Source: Longimicrobiales bacterium
GTDB lineage: Bacteria; Gemmatimonadota; Gemmatimonadetes; Longimicrobiales; Gaopeijiaceae
Length of the DNA stretch: 64,000 nucleotides
Assembly: GCA_963664435.2 (NCBI GenBank)
Contig: CAXXKM010000003.1
Location: 1 to 64,000, forward strand
Reading direction: 5' to 3'
The position numbers were made by a program, and so were the translations under genes. Shown one piece after another: positions 28,712 to 38,565 of this stretch. Numbering within the stretch: the first letter of the stretch is position 1; every line of letters begins with the position of its first letter. Below the pieces are notes generated by a model, which did not search any database, had not been told where the DNA came from, and saw nothing but the letters and a program-made list of their open reading frames with translations.

Positions 28712-29481
28712 GCCGAAGGCGCCCCGCCCCTCCAGTGCTCGATGCGCGGGGGTCCCGAAGTTTCGACCACCGCATAGGATCGCTCGCGCATCCACCTGCC
28801 GGCGTTCACGTAGTAGCGGCCCCCAACCTCCGCCACCGCAGGGACATGGGTGTGCCCGAACACCACGATGTCGAGGGTCTCGTCACGTTCCAGCTTCCGT
28901 ACTGCAAGCGCCTCCAGCGCCCTGGCGCGCTGCCGGTTTCCTTCCCCCGGGCGCCCCGCGTGGCTTTCGGTCCTGGAGAGAAGCGTGGCCAGCCGGCCGC
29001 CGAGGTCCGGATGGAGCCAGCGGAACGCGCGACGGAACACGCGCGACCTGAGGACGCCGCTCGCCACCCGATAACCGTAGTCGCCCCGGCCCAGCCCGTC
29101 GCCGTGCGCGATATAGGCGCTTCGCCCGGCGAGAGACGTGCGGACGGGGGCGCGGTGGAACGACACCCCGATCTCTTCCGCCAGGCAAGGGCCGCCCCAC
29201 CAGTCGTGGTTCCCGCCCAGAAAGGTCACCGGCACGCCCGCGTCCACCACCTCCGCGATCGCGCCGAGGACGCGCACATGCCCGCGCGGAATCGCCCGCC
29301 CATACTCGAACCAGAAGTCGAAGATGTCGCCGTTCAGCACCACGTGCGACGCACGTTGCCGCGCGTACCGCAGCCAGTCGGCGAGATCGGCCGCGCGCGC
29401 GCCCGGCGACGCCCCGAGGTGCGCATCGCTCACCACGTAGGCGGGCCTGGCAGCCCGCGGACCAACTCCCTGCGCATTCAT
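28708..29481 (-). CDS. lpxH: UDP-2,3-diacylglucosamine diphosphatase-like metallophosphoesterase
   Basis: SDAHLG, GDIFDFW, GNHD, HGD and GHTH motifs. Start could be 29523. Confidence 0.8.
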   Translation of the reverse strand: MNAQGVGPRAARPAYVVSDAHLGASPGARAADLADWLRYARQRASHVVLNGDIFDFWFEYGRAIPRGHVRVLGAIAEVVDAGVPVTFLGGNHDWWGGPCLAEEIGVSFHRAPVRTSLAGRSAYIAHGDGLGRGDYGYRVASGVLRSRVFRRAFRWLHPDLGGRLATLLSRTESHAGRPGEGNRQRARALEALAVRKLERDETLDIVVFGHTHVPAVAEVGGRYYVNAGRWMRERSYAVVETSGPPRIEHWRGGAPSA

Positions 29482-29589
29482 CAACGGACCGCCGGTGGTC
29501 GGTCTCGGATTCCGGTGTGACATCGATTATCGTTGTAGGCAGTGGTCCCCACACAGGCAAGCGCATCGGCCTTGAAACCGCGATTCCGC

Positions 29590-30303
29590 ATGAGCTGTTC
29601 CCGCTTCCGGCGCGTGTTCCTCGTCGCTGGCGTCGTGCTGACGGCGAGCTGCTGGCTGCCGAGGCCGCCCGAGCCCCCGTCCTCCGGCTCCTCCCAGGCC
29701 CTCGACTACTACCGCCGTGCGCTGCTGGTGGAGGCAAGCACGCGGTTGGAGACCCCGGTACGGCTCATCTTCGACTGGAGCGTGCGTGAACCGGGGCTGC
29801 GTTCGGGCGGGCGCGGGGTCGCTCGTCTGGAACCCCCCTATCGTGCGCGGTTGGACCTCTTCACGGGGCGGGGCGAGACCGTGCTGCGCGCGGCCCTGGT
29901 GGGCGACGACCTCCGGCTTCCGGAGGGCGCGTCGGGGGAACTGGTCCCACCGCCCGCGCTCTTCTGGTCCTCCCTCGGCATCTTTCGTCCAGGAGGCGAC
30001 TACCGCCTGGCGCAGGGATGGGAGGCCGACGACGGCACGCTTCGTCTCACCTATGACTCGAGCAGCCGGCCGGATCTCCTGTACGAACTCGACGACAATG
30101 GCGAGGTGGCCGCCCTCGCTCTCCTGAGCGACGGCGAGACGGTGGATCAGCTCTCCCTGGCGCTCCCCCTGCGCGACGGCTTTCCGACCGAAGCGACCTA
30201 CCGGAACCTGATCGACTTCCGCGAGTTGACCTTCACTCTCGACACGGTGGAAACCGTGGAGCCCTATCCGTCCGACATCTGGTTCCCACGCAACCAGGAG
30301 TGA
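29590..30303 (+). CDS. Hypothetical lipoprotein
   Basis: Lipobox LTASC; coupled to lptE. Confidence 0.7.
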   Translation: MSCSRFRRVFLVAGVVLTASCWLPRPPEPPSSGSSQALDYYRRALLVEASTRLETPVRLIFDWSVREPGLRSGGRGVARLEPPYRARLDLFTGRGETVLRAALVGDDLRLPEGASGELVPPPALFWSSLGIFRPGGDYRLAQGWEADDGTLRLTYDSSSRPDLLYELDDNGEVAALALLSDGETVDQLSLALPLRDGFPTEATYRNLIDFRELTFTLDTVETVEPYPSDIWFPRNQE

Positions 30304-30878
30304 GCGTGAAACGTCGAATCCCGTCCAGATCGAAGCGTCCCTCCCATGGGATTCCCGCCGTCGCCCCGGGCCTCCCGCACCTTGCGTGGCGCGCCGCGCT
30401 GCTGGCCACGGTGTTGCTGTCGGGATGTAACTACAGCTTCCGCGGGGGCAGCTTCCCGGACCACATCCGGACCCTCGCGATCCTCCCCTTCGACAACGAG
30501 ACCGGCCTCTTCGAGATCACCCAGGAGATCCACCAGTTCCTGCTCCGCGAAGTTCCCAGGGGTCTCGGCGTGAATCAGGGCGCGGAAGGCAACGCGGACG
30601 CGATCCTGCGCGGCTCAATCAACCGGTACGAGCTCCGCACCCCTCTCTTTCGCGCCGGAGAGAGGGGCGGCGGCCCCGAGGTGCTGCAGCGCCAGGTCAG
30701 CATCAGTCTTCAGGTCGAGCTGATCGACGTGGTCAACAACGAAATCCTGTGGGAGAATGGAGGACTCAGCGCGCAGGGGCAGTTTCTGGAGGCCTCCGAG
30801 ACCGAGGAAGTGGCCCGCGAAGAAGCGATCGAGCGCCTGGCCCAGTTGATCATTGACGGGGCACAGTCCACTTGGTAG
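30300..30878 (+). CDS. lptE: LPS assembly lipoprotein LptE family
   Basis: LSGCNYSF lipobox and HIRTLAILPFDNET motif. Confidence 0.75.
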   Translation: MSVKRRIPSRSKRPSHGIPAVAPGLPHLAWRAALLATVLLSGCNYSFRGGSFPDHIRTLAILPFDNETGLFEITQEIHQFLLREVPRGLGVNQGAEGNADAILRGSINRYELRTPLFRAGERGGGPEVLQRQVSISLQVELIDVVNNEILWENGGLSAQGQFLEASETEEVAREEAIERLAQLIIDGAQSTW

Positions 30879-30927
30879 GTTGCCCGTCGCCGAGCCCCCA
30901 ACCTCTCCCAGACGCCCGCATCGCCTC

Positions 30928-31419
30928 TTGACCCCACGTCCCGTCGCGCGCGTAGCCGGCCTGTGCCTCCTCTGGTACGCCATGTGGCTGCTCATGTCGG
31001 GACACTACACCGACCTGCTGCTCAGCCTGGGCGCCGTGTCGGTCGTGGGCGTGGCGCTGCTGGTCACCAGGATGCAGTTGCCCGACAGGGAAGGGGCCGC
31101 CTTCCACATCGTCCCGAGGCTGCTCTTCTATCTCCCATGGCTCGTTGTCGAGGTCTTCAAGTCGAACCTCGCCGTGGCCCGCGTCATCCTCTCGCCGCGG
31201 CTGCCCATCCGGCCGCGGGTCGTTGACTTCCACGGGCATCAGAAGACGGATCTGGGCCGCTTCATCTACGCCAACTCGATCACCCTGACGCCGGGCACCA
31301 TCACGGTGCGCCTGGATGACGAGGGATTCCGCATCCACGCCCTTACCGCGGAGGCTCTGGACGGAACCGAGGAGGGTGAAATGGATCGTCGGGTGTGCCG
31401 TCTGGAAGGAACGTCATGA
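30928..31419 (+). CDS. mrpE: Mrp Na+/H+ antiporter subunit E
   Basis: YANSITLTPGT motif; start uncertain. Confidence 0.9.
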   Translation: MTPRPVARVAGLCLLWYAMWLLMSGHYTDLLLSLGAVSVVGVALLVTRMQLPDREGAAFHIVPRLLFYLPWLVVEVFKSNLAVARVILSPRLPIRPRVVDFHGHQKTDLGRFIYANSITLTPGTITVRLDDEGFRIHALTAEALDGTEEGEMDRRVCRLEGTS

Positions 31420-31709
31420 TGGTGGTCGGCGCCTCGATCGCCGTGCTCGTCACCATGGGCATGGCCATGGTGCGCGCGCTCCTCGGGCCCACCGTCTACG
31501 ACCGCGTGCTGGCGGTCAACATGTTCGGCACCAAGACCGTCCTCACCATCGCGCTCATCGGATTCTTCACGGGGCGGCCGGAGTTTCTGGACCTGGCTCT
31601 TGCGTACGGGCTGCTCAACTTCATCGGCACCATAGCGGTGCTGAAGTTCTTCCAGTTCGGGAGCCTGGGGGCCTCGGGACCGCCTCCCGGCGAGACGGAG
31701 TCCGGCTGA
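31416..31709 (+). CDS. mrpF: Mrp antiporter subunit F
   Basis: GPTVYDRVLA motif. Confidence 0.92.
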   Translation: MMVVGASIAVLVTMGMAMVRALLGPTVYDRVLAVNMFGTKTVLTIALIGFFTGRPEFLDLALAYGLLNFIGTIAVLKFFQFGSLGASGPPPGETESG

Positions 31710-32029
31710 TGGAGAATGTCCTCGACTACCTAAGCGCCGCGCTCCTGCTGCTGGGCAGCTTCTTCGTGGTCGTCGGCGGCATCGGCGTCCTGCGCATGCC
31801 CGATGTCTTCACGCGCATGCACGCGGCCGGGGTCACCGACACCATGGGCAGCTTCTTCATCCTCACCGGGCTCATGCTGCAGACGGGCTTCGACGGGGTG
31901 ACGCTGCGCCTGGCGATGATCCTCGGCTTCCTGTGGTTCACCAGTCCGGTCGCGACCCATGCGCTGGCCAAGGCCGCCCTGCACGGCAAGGTGGAGCCCA
32001 TCGTGCACGAGGACGAGAGAGGAGACTGA
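31709..32029 (+). CDS. mrpG: Mrp antiporter subunit G
   Basis: GVLRMPDVFTRMHAA and TSPVATH motifs. Confidence 0.92.
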   Translation: MENVLDYLSAALLLLGSFFVVVGGIGVLRMPDVFTRMHAAGVTDTMGSFFILTGLMLQTGFDGVTLRLAMILGFLWFTSPVATHALAKAALHGKVEPIVHEDERGD

Positions 32030-32030
32030 G

Positions 32031-32642
32031 ATGGAATCCGTCGTCGACCTCGCGCTCCTCGGGCTGCTGGCCGTGACCGCGATCGCCGTCGTGCGCGTGC
32101 GCAATCTTGTTGCCGTAGTGATGCTGATGGGGATCTACAGCTTCCTCTCGGCCGCGCTGTTCGTCGTGCTCGACGCGGTGGACGTGGCGTTCACCGAGGT
32201 GGCGGTGGGCGCCGGCGTCTCGACCATCCTGGCGCTCGGCACCGTGGCGCTGGTCGGAACGCGGCAGCAACGCCACGCGAAGTCGCCCGTCATCCCCCTG
32301 CTGATCGTGCTGGTCACCGGGGGCATGCTGGTGTACGGCACCTACGATCTTCCCCGCTGGGGCCAGGCCGACAACCCCATCCACGGGCATGTCGCCCCAG
32401 AGTACCTGGCCGACCACGTTCCCCTGGCCGGGCAGGATGGCGAAGCGCTCGAGGTGCACATCCCGAACATCGTGACCACCGTGCTGGCCAGCTATCGCGG
32501 CTACGATACGCTGGGCGAGACCACCGTTGTCTTCGCCGCAATGGTGGGGGTCCTGCTTCTTTTCGTCGGCACCGGAGGGCGGCGGGGAGCGAGCGCACGC
32601 GGCGCGGGCGGTGGGGACGACGACCCGGACGGCGCGTCATGA
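32031..32642 (+). CDS. Mrp subunit, DUF4040/MrpB-related
   Basis: AVDVAFTEVAVGAG and NIVTTVLASYRGYDTLGE motifs. Confidence 0.88.
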   Translation: MESVVDLALLGLLAVTAIAVVRVRNLVAVVMLMGIYSFLSAALFVVLDAVDVAFTEVAVGAGVSTILALGTVALVGTRQQRHAKSPVIPLLIVLVTGGMLVYGTYDLPRWGQADNPIHGHVAPEYLADHVPLAGQDGEALEVHIPNIVTTVLASYRGYDTLGETTVVFAAMVGVLLLFVGTGGRRGASARGAGGGDDDPDGAS

Positions 32643-33061
32643 GAGACCAGATCATCCTGCGCATCGCCGCCAAGATCCTTGTCGGGCCTATCCTGCTCTT
32701 CGCTCTGTACGTCCAGTTCCACGGCGACTACGGGCCGGGGGGCGGCTTCCAGGCGGGCGTCATCTTCGCGGCCGGGATCATCCTCTACGCCCTGGTCTTC
32801 GGGCTTGACCAGGCCAGGGCGGTAATCCCGATGGGGGTCGTGATGTGGTGCGGAACGCTGGGGGTGCTGATCTTCGGCGGCGTCGGCGTGGTGGCCATGC
32901 TGATGGGCGGGAACTACCTCGACTACGGCGTCCTCCTGCACGACGCCAGCCATGCCCAGCACATCGGCATTCTCCTGGTCGAAGCGGGGGTCCTGGTGAC
33001 GGTCTTCGGGGTCATGGTCACCCTCTTCTACAGCTTCGCCGGACGACGGAGGGCCGGGTAG
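32639..33061 (+). CDS. mrpB: Mrp antiporter subunit B
   Basis: HGDYGPGGGFQAG motif. Confidence 0.9.
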   Translation: MRDQIILRIAAKILVGPILLFALYVQFHGDYGPGGGFQAGVIFAAGIILYALVFGLDQARAVIPMGVVMWCGTLGVLIFGGVGVVAMLMGGNYLDYGVLLHDASHAQHIGILLVEAGVLVTVFGVMVTLFYSFAGRRRAG

Positions 33062-33466
33062 ATGGAAGTTCTCGGCCTGTTCAACTACTGGGTGGTCATC
33101 TTCCTGATGATGGTGGGCTTCTACGCCCTCATCTCCCGCGGAAACCTGGTCAAGAAGGTCATCGGGCTGAACATCTTCCAGACCTCGGTGATCATCTTCT
33201 ACGTCAGCACCGGAAAGATCGCCGGCGGGACCGCGCCGATCCTGATCGGGGATGACCACGGAGTCGCGGAGGCGGGCGCGGAGGTGCTCTACTCCAATCC
33301 CCTCCCGCATGTGCTCATGCTCACCGCGATCGTTGTGGGCGTGGCCACCATGGCGATGGCGCTCGCGCTGGTGGTGCGCATCCGGGAGACCTACGGCACC
33401 GTCGAGGACGACGAGATCCAGGAACAGGTGCTCGCCGACGAAGCGGTCGAGGGAGCGCGGGCATGA
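33062..33466 (+). CDS. mrpC: Mrp antiporter subunit C
   Basis: NLVKKVIGL and NPLPHVLMLTAIVV motifs. Confidence 0.93.
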   Translation: MEVLGLFNYWVVIFLMMVGFYALISRGNLVKKVIGLNIFQTSVIIFYVSTGKIAGGTAPILIGDDHGVAEAGAEVLYSNPLPHVLMLTAIVVGVATMAMALALVVRIRETYGTVEDDEIQEQVLADEAVEGARA

Positions 33467-34941
33467 GCGCGCACCTCCCCGCCATTCAGATCGTCGTGCC
33501 CCTGCTGGCGGCCGCCCTTTGCGTGCTGGTCCCCTGGAAGCGGGTTTCGTGGGGGATCGCGTTCGCGGGATCGGTGACGGCCTTTTTCGCCGCCATCGGG
33601 CTGCTGTCCCGCGTTCTGGACGGCGAGGAAATCCGTTACGCGCTCGGGGGATGGGCGGCGCCCTGGGGGATCGAGTACCGGATCGACGCCGTCAACGCCC
33701 TGGTGCTGCTCATCGTTGCCGGCATCGGCGTAGTCGTGACGCCGTTCGCGCTCAAGAGCGTGGAGCGCGAACTGGACGGGCGCCGCATCCCCCTCTTCTA
33801 CGGGGCCTGGATGCTGTGTCTGTGCGGGCTCCTGGGCATCGCCATCACGGGCGACGCCTTCAACATCTTCGTCTTCCTGGAGATTTCCTCGCTCTCGGCC
33901 TACGCCCTGATCGCGATGGGTTCGGACCGGCGCGCGCTGGTTTCGGCCTTCCGCTACCTGATCATGGGCAGCGTGGGAGCGAGCTTTATCGTGATCGGGA
34001 TCGGGCTGCTCTACGTGGAGACCGGCACCCTGAACCTGGCCGACCTGGCCGAGCGCCTGCCGGCGCTGCACGGCGAGCGGACGGTCCTGGTGGCGTTCGC
34101 CTTCCTGACGGTCGGCACGAGCCTCAAGCTGGCGCTCTTCCCGCTCCACCTCTGGCTTCCCAACGCCTACACCTTCGCGCCCTCGGCGGTCACGGCCTTC
34201 CTCGCCGCCACCGCCACCAAGGTCGCCGTATACGTGCTGCTGCGCTTCTTCTTCACTGTCTTCGGCACGGCGTATTCGTTCGAGCAGCTCAGGCTCGGGG
34301 TGTGGCTGCTGCCTCTTGCGCTGGTCGCGATCTTCACCATGTCGCTGGTTGCGATCTTCCAGGGCAATGTGAAACGCATGCTGGCCTACTCGAGCGTCGC
34401 CCAGATCGGCTACATCATCCTGGGCGTCAGCTTCGCCTCCGTGACCGGGCTGACGGCAGCCACCCTCCACCTCTTCAACCACGCGCTCATGAAGGGGGCG
34501 CTCTTCCTCGCGCTCGGTTGCGTGATGTATCGCGTGGGCTCCGTCCACATCGACGCCCTGCGCGGCCTCGGACGGCGCATGCCCTGGACCATGGCCGCCT
34601 TCACCGCCGGCGGCCTCAGCCTCATCGGGGTGCCGCTCACGGTGGGTTTCGTGAGCAAGTGGTTCCTGGTGCTGGGGGCGCTCGAACAGGGGATGTGGCC
34701 GGTCGCGGCGCTGGTGCTGGTCACCTCAACCATGGCCGTGGTCTACATCTGGCGGGTGGTGGAGGCCATTTACTTCGGTGAGCCGTCCCCGCGGGCCGAG
34801 TCAGCCACCGAGGCGCCGCTCTCGCTGCTGGTGCCCACCTGGGCGCTCATCGTCGCCAACCTCTACTTCGGCATCGACGCCACCCTGACCACTTCGGTCG
34901 CCGGGCAGGCGGCGCGCACCCTGCTGGGAGGCGCTCCATGA
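33463..34941 (+). CDS. mrpD: Mrp antiporter subunit D family
   Basis: GDAFNIFVFLE, KLALFPLHLWLP and KRMLAYSS motifs. Confidence 0.92.
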   Translation: MSAHLPAIQIVVPLLAAALCVLVPWKRVSWGIAFAGSVTAFFAAIGLLSRVLDGEEIRYALGGWAAPWGIEYRIDAVNALVLLIVAGIGVVVTPFALKSVERELDGRRIPLFYGAWMLCLCGLLGIAITGDAFNIFVFLEISSLSAYALIAMGSDRRALVSAFRYLIMGSVGASFIVIGIGLLYVETGTLNLADLAERLPALHGERTVLVAFAFLTVGTSLKLALFPLHLWLPNAYTFAPSAVTAFLAATATKVAVYVLLRFFFTVFGTAYSFEQLRLGVWLLPLALVAIFTMSLVAIFQGNVKRMLAYSSVAQIGYIILGVSFASVTGLTAATLHLFNHALMKGALFLALGCVMYRVGSVHIDALRGLGRRMPWTMAAFTAGGLSLIGVPLTVGFVSKWFLVLGALEQGMWPVAALVLVTSTMAVVYIWRVVEAIYFGEPSPRAESATEAPLSLLVPTWALIVANLYFGIDATLTTSVAGQAARTLLGGAP

Positions 34942-36413
34942 ACGCCGGCGAGCTTGCGCTCCTCGCCCTCATCATCCCCGCGGTCGGCGCGGGGCTGGTG
35001 GGCCTGCTGCGTGCGCAGCCCAACCTGCGCGAGGCCGCTTCGCTGATTACCGGCGGCGTGCTGCTGGGCGTGGTGATGCGGATCCACCGGGCGGTGGCCG
35101 CGGGCGAGATCCCGCGCCTCGTGCTGGCGGAGCCCCTCCCCGGCATCCCGCTGGTACTCGAGGTGGAACCGCTGGGGATGATCTTCGCCCTGGTGGCGGG
35201 AAGCCTCTGGATCGTGACCACGCTCTACGCCATCGGCTACATGCGCGGGCATCACGAGAAGAACCAGACCCGCTTCTACATCTTCTTCGCCCTGGCCATC
35301 TCCTGCACCATGGGCGTCGCCTTCGCCGGCAACCTGTTCACCCTCTTCGTCTTCTACGAGGCGCTCACGCTCTCCACCTTTCCGCTGGTCACGCACGCGG
35401 GAACCGACGCGGCGAAGAGAGCCGGACGCGTCTACCTGGGCATCCTGCTCAGCACCTCGATCGCCTTCCAGTTGTTCGCCATCATCTGGACTTACCTGCT
35501 GACCGGGACCATCGATTTCGAGATGGGCGGGATCCTAGAAGGCAGGGCTGGGGAGGGCGTGGTGGCGGTGCTGCTGGCGCTCTACGTCTTCGGCATCGGC
35601 AAGGCGGCGGTGATGCCCTTCCACCGCTGGCTGCCCGCGGCCATGGTCGCTCCGACGCCGGTAAGCGCGCTCCTGCACGCGGTGGCGGTGGTGAAGGCGG
35701 GGGTGTTCAGCATCCTCAAGATCACCATCTACGTCTTCGGCATCGACTTTCTCACGCAGCTCGGCGCGAGCGTCTGGCTGATGTGGGTGGCCGCCGCGAC
35801 CATCATCCTGGCATCGCTGGTCGCCTTCCGGAAGGACAATCTGAAAGCGCGGCTGGCCTACTCGACCATCAGCCAGCTCTCCTACGTGGTGCTGGGCGCG
35901 ATGCTGGCCAACACCATGGGGATCATCGGCGGAGGCATGCACATCGTCATGCACGCCTTCGGCAAGATCACCCTGTTCTTCTGCGCGGGCGCGATCATGG
36001 TCGCTGCGCACAAGACCGAGATCAGCGACATGAGGGGCCTGGGGCGCAGCATGCCCGTCACCTTCGCCGCCTTCTTCGTCGGGACGCTGTCGATCATCGG
36101 ATTGCCGCCCGCGGGGGGCACCTGGAGCAAGTGGTTCCTGGGTCTCGGGGCGCTGGACGCGGGCCAGGTCGGACTGGTCGCCGTGCTGATGGTAAGCTCG
36201 CTGCTATCCATCGGGTATCTGATGATCGTCCCGGTGCGGGCGTTCTTCAGCCCGGCCTCCAACCCGCACGGCCACGGGCACGCGAACGGAGGGATACACG
36301 AGGCGCCGCTGCCTTCGCTGATCGCGATCGTGATCACCAGCCTGTGCTGCTTCGCGCTCTTCGTGTACCCGGATCCCTTCTTCCAGCTGATCTCGATGGT
36401 GGCGGGGCCATGA
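34938..36413 (+). CDS. Mrp antiporter subunit D/A family (second paralog)
   Basis: PFHRWLPAAMVAPTPVSALLH and KARLAYSTISQ motifs. Confidence 0.9.
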   Translation: MNAGELALLALIIPAVGAGLVGLLRAQPNLREAASLITGGVLLGVVMRIHRAVAAGEIPRLVLAEPLPGIPLVLEVEPLGMIFALVAGSLWIVTTLYAIGYMRGHHEKNQTRFYIFFALAISCTMGVAFAGNLFTLFVFYEALTLSTFPLVTHAGTDAAKRAGRVYLGILLSTSIAFQLFAIIWTYLLTGTIDFEMGGILEGRAGEGVVAVLLALYVFGIGKAAVMPFHRWLPAAMVAPTPVSALLHAVAVVKAGVFSILKITIYVFGIDFLTQLGASVWLMWVAAATIILASLVAFRKDNLKARLAYSTISQLSYVVLGAMLANTMGIIGGGMHIVMHAFGKITLFFCAGAIMVAAHKTEISDMRGLGRSMPVTFAAFFVGTLSIIGLPPAGGTWSKWFLGLGALDAGQVGLVAVLMVSSLLSIGYLMIVPVRAFFSPASNPHGHGHANGGIHEAPLPSLIAIVITSLCCFALFVYPDPFFQLISMVAGP

Positions 36414-36448
36414 GCGCGGGAGGGACGCGATGAAACGGGGGCCACGCC

Positions 36449-36856
36449 ATGAATAGGCGAGATTCGGGACGCGAGGGCGCCCACGGATCGGGACACGGGA
36501 ATGCCCACGGCTCCGGCCACGATGCCTCACACGGCGGCGGCCATGACTCCCGGCGCCGTGGCGCTCAAGACTCCGGACATGGCGCTCACGAGCCCGGACA
36601 TGGCGCTCACTCCGGACATCCTCCATCCAGCGTGGGCCCGAAGGCCACCCGGGTGATCCTTGTCGCCTTCTTCGTGATTTGCGCCGGGCTGGTGATCGCC
36701 GACTTCGTCTATCACCGGCACATGGAACACCCGCTGGAGGAGATCCCGGCGTTCTACACGATCTACGGACTGGTTGGAGTGGGCGCGCTGATCATGGCCG
36801 CCAAGGGGCTGCGGCGCATCGTCATGCGGTCGGAGGACTACTACGATGCCGACTGA
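36449..36856 (+). CDS. Small Mrp-operon membrane protein with a His/Gly-rich N-terminus
   Basis: GHGxH repeats followed by two TMs and RSEDYY; overlaps the next gene. Confidence 0.75.
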   Translation: MNRRDSGREGAHGSGHGNAHGSGHDASHGGGHDSRRRGAQDSGHGAHEPGHGAHSGHPPSSVGPKATRVILVAFFVICAGLVIADFVYHRHMEHPLEEIPAFYTIYGLVGVGALIMAAKGLRRIVMRSEDYYDAD

Positions 36857-38552
36857 CCTGCCTCCCTTTGCGATCTTCCTGGCCGGCGCCCTGCTGGTGC
36901 CGTTCGTTCGAGGATGGCCGCGCCGCGTCCTGCTGCTTGCGATCCCGGTCCTGGGCGCGCTCAACGTCGCCGGCATCCAGGAGGGGTTCGAGCTCTCCGT
37001 GGGTATGCTCGGCTACGAACTCTCGCTTGTTCGAGCCGACCGCCTGAGCCTCCTCTTCGGCTATCTGTTCCATCTCGGAGCGTTCATCGCCATCCTCTAT
37101 TCGCTGCACCTGCGGAAGGAGGAATCGGCCACGCTCCAGCACACCGCCGCGCTGGTGTACGCGGGGAGCGGGCTTGGCGCCGTGTTCGCCGGTGACCTGG
37201 TGACGCTCTTCCTCTTCTGGGAGCTGCTTGCGGTCAGCTCGGTTTTCCTCGTCTTCGCGCGCGGCACCGAGCGGGCGCGCAGGGCGGGGATGCGCTACCT
37301 GGTGATCCAGGTCGTGTCGGGGGTGGCGCTCCTGGCGGGGGCCATGGCGCGGGCCGCGCAGACCGGGGACATCTCCTTCGGCTTCATCGGGCTGGAGGGC
37401 CTGTCGGGATGGCTCATCTTCCTGGCCATCGCGGTCAAGGGGGCGTTCCCGCTGGTGCACAACTGGCTGACCGACGCCTACCCGGAGAGCACCCCCACGG
37501 GCACGGTATTCCTCAGCGCCTTCACCACGAAGGTTGCGGTGTACGCGCTTGCACGCGGCTTTCCGGGCACGGACCTGCTCATCTACGTGGGCGCGGTGAT
37601 GGCCTGCTATCCGATCTTCTTCGCCGTCATCGAGAACGACCTCCGGCGCGTCCTCTCCTACAGCATGATCAACCAGATCGGCTTCATGGTGTGCGGCGTG
37701 GGCGTGGGTACGGCGATGGCCGTCAACGGAGCCGTTGCGCACGCCTTCAACGACGTGCTCTTCAAGGGCCTGCTCTTCATGTCGATGGGCGCGGTGCTGT
37801 ACCGGACGGGAACGACCAAGGCATCCGAACTGGGCGGGCTCTGGAAGACGATGCCGTTCACAACCATCCTGTGCATCGTGGGAGCCGCCTCCATCTCGGC
37901 GCTCCCGCTCTTCAACGGCTTCGTCAGCAAAGCGCTCATCATGACCGCCCTGCTGGAGGAACATCACTACTGGATCTGGCCGGTGATGCTGTTCGCCTCC
38001 GCGGGCGTGGTCGAGCACGCGGGCATCAAGATTCCGTTCTTCGCCTTCTTCGCGCACGACTCGGGCATCCGCACCCGCGAGCCGCCGTGGAACATGCTCG
38101 CCGCGATGACCGTGGGCGCCGCCGCGTGCATCGCGATCGGTTCAATGCCGTGGCTGCTCTACGAGCATCTTCCGTTCTCGATGGACGGCTACTCGCCTTA
38201 TGACGTGACCCACGTCCTGACACAGCTCCAGCTGCTCGCCTTCGCGATCGGCGCCGTGGTGCTGTTCCGCCTGATGCGCATCTATCCCGATGAGATTCGG
38301 GCGGTCAACCTGGATGTGGAGTGGGTCTACCGGAAGGCGGCACCCGCGATGGTGCGCCGGGTGGGATCGGCGATTCGCGGGGCGGACTCGGCCGTGAGGG
38401 GCGCGGCGCTCGGCGGGGTGAACTGGGCGCTCGGCGGCGCCTTCCGCCATACCGGCCCGCACGGCGCCCTCGCGCGCTCCTGGCCAACCGGCAGCATGGT
38501 GTTGTGGGTCGCCGTGCTGCTGGCCGCGTTCCTCATCCTGCGGGCGTTCTGA
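36846..38552 (+). CDS. Mrp antiporter subunit D family (third paralog)
   Basis: WLTDAYPESTPTG and RRVLSYS motifs. Confidence 0.9.
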   Translation: MPTDLPPFAIFLAGALLVPFVRGWPRRVLLLAIPVLGALNVAGIQEGFELSVGMLGYELSLVRADRLSLLFGYLFHLGAFIAILYSLHLRKEESATLQHTAALVYAGSGLGAVFAGDLVTLFLFWELLAVSSVFLVFARGTERARRAGMRYLVIQVVSGVALLAGAMARAAQTGDISFGFIGLEGLSGWLIFLAIAVKGAFPLVHNWLTDAYPESTPTGTVFLSAFTTKVAVYALARGFPGTDLLIYVGAVMACYPIFFAVIENDLRRVLSYSMINQIGFMVCGVGVGTAMAVNGAVAHAFNDVLFKGLLFMSMGAVLYRTGTTKASELGGLWKTMPFTTILCIVGAASISALPLFNGFVSKALIMTALLEEHHYWIWPVMLFASAGVVEHAGIKIPFFAFFAHDSGIRTREPPWNMLAAMTVGAAACIAIGSMPWLLYEHLPFSMDGYSPYDVTHVLTQLQLLAFAIGAVVLFRLMRIYPDEIRAVNLDVEWVYRKAAPAMVRRVGSAIRGADSAVRGAALGGVNWALGGAFRHTGPHGALARSWPTGSMVLWVAVLLAAFLILRAF

Positions 38553-38565
38553 CGCCGGTCTTCGA

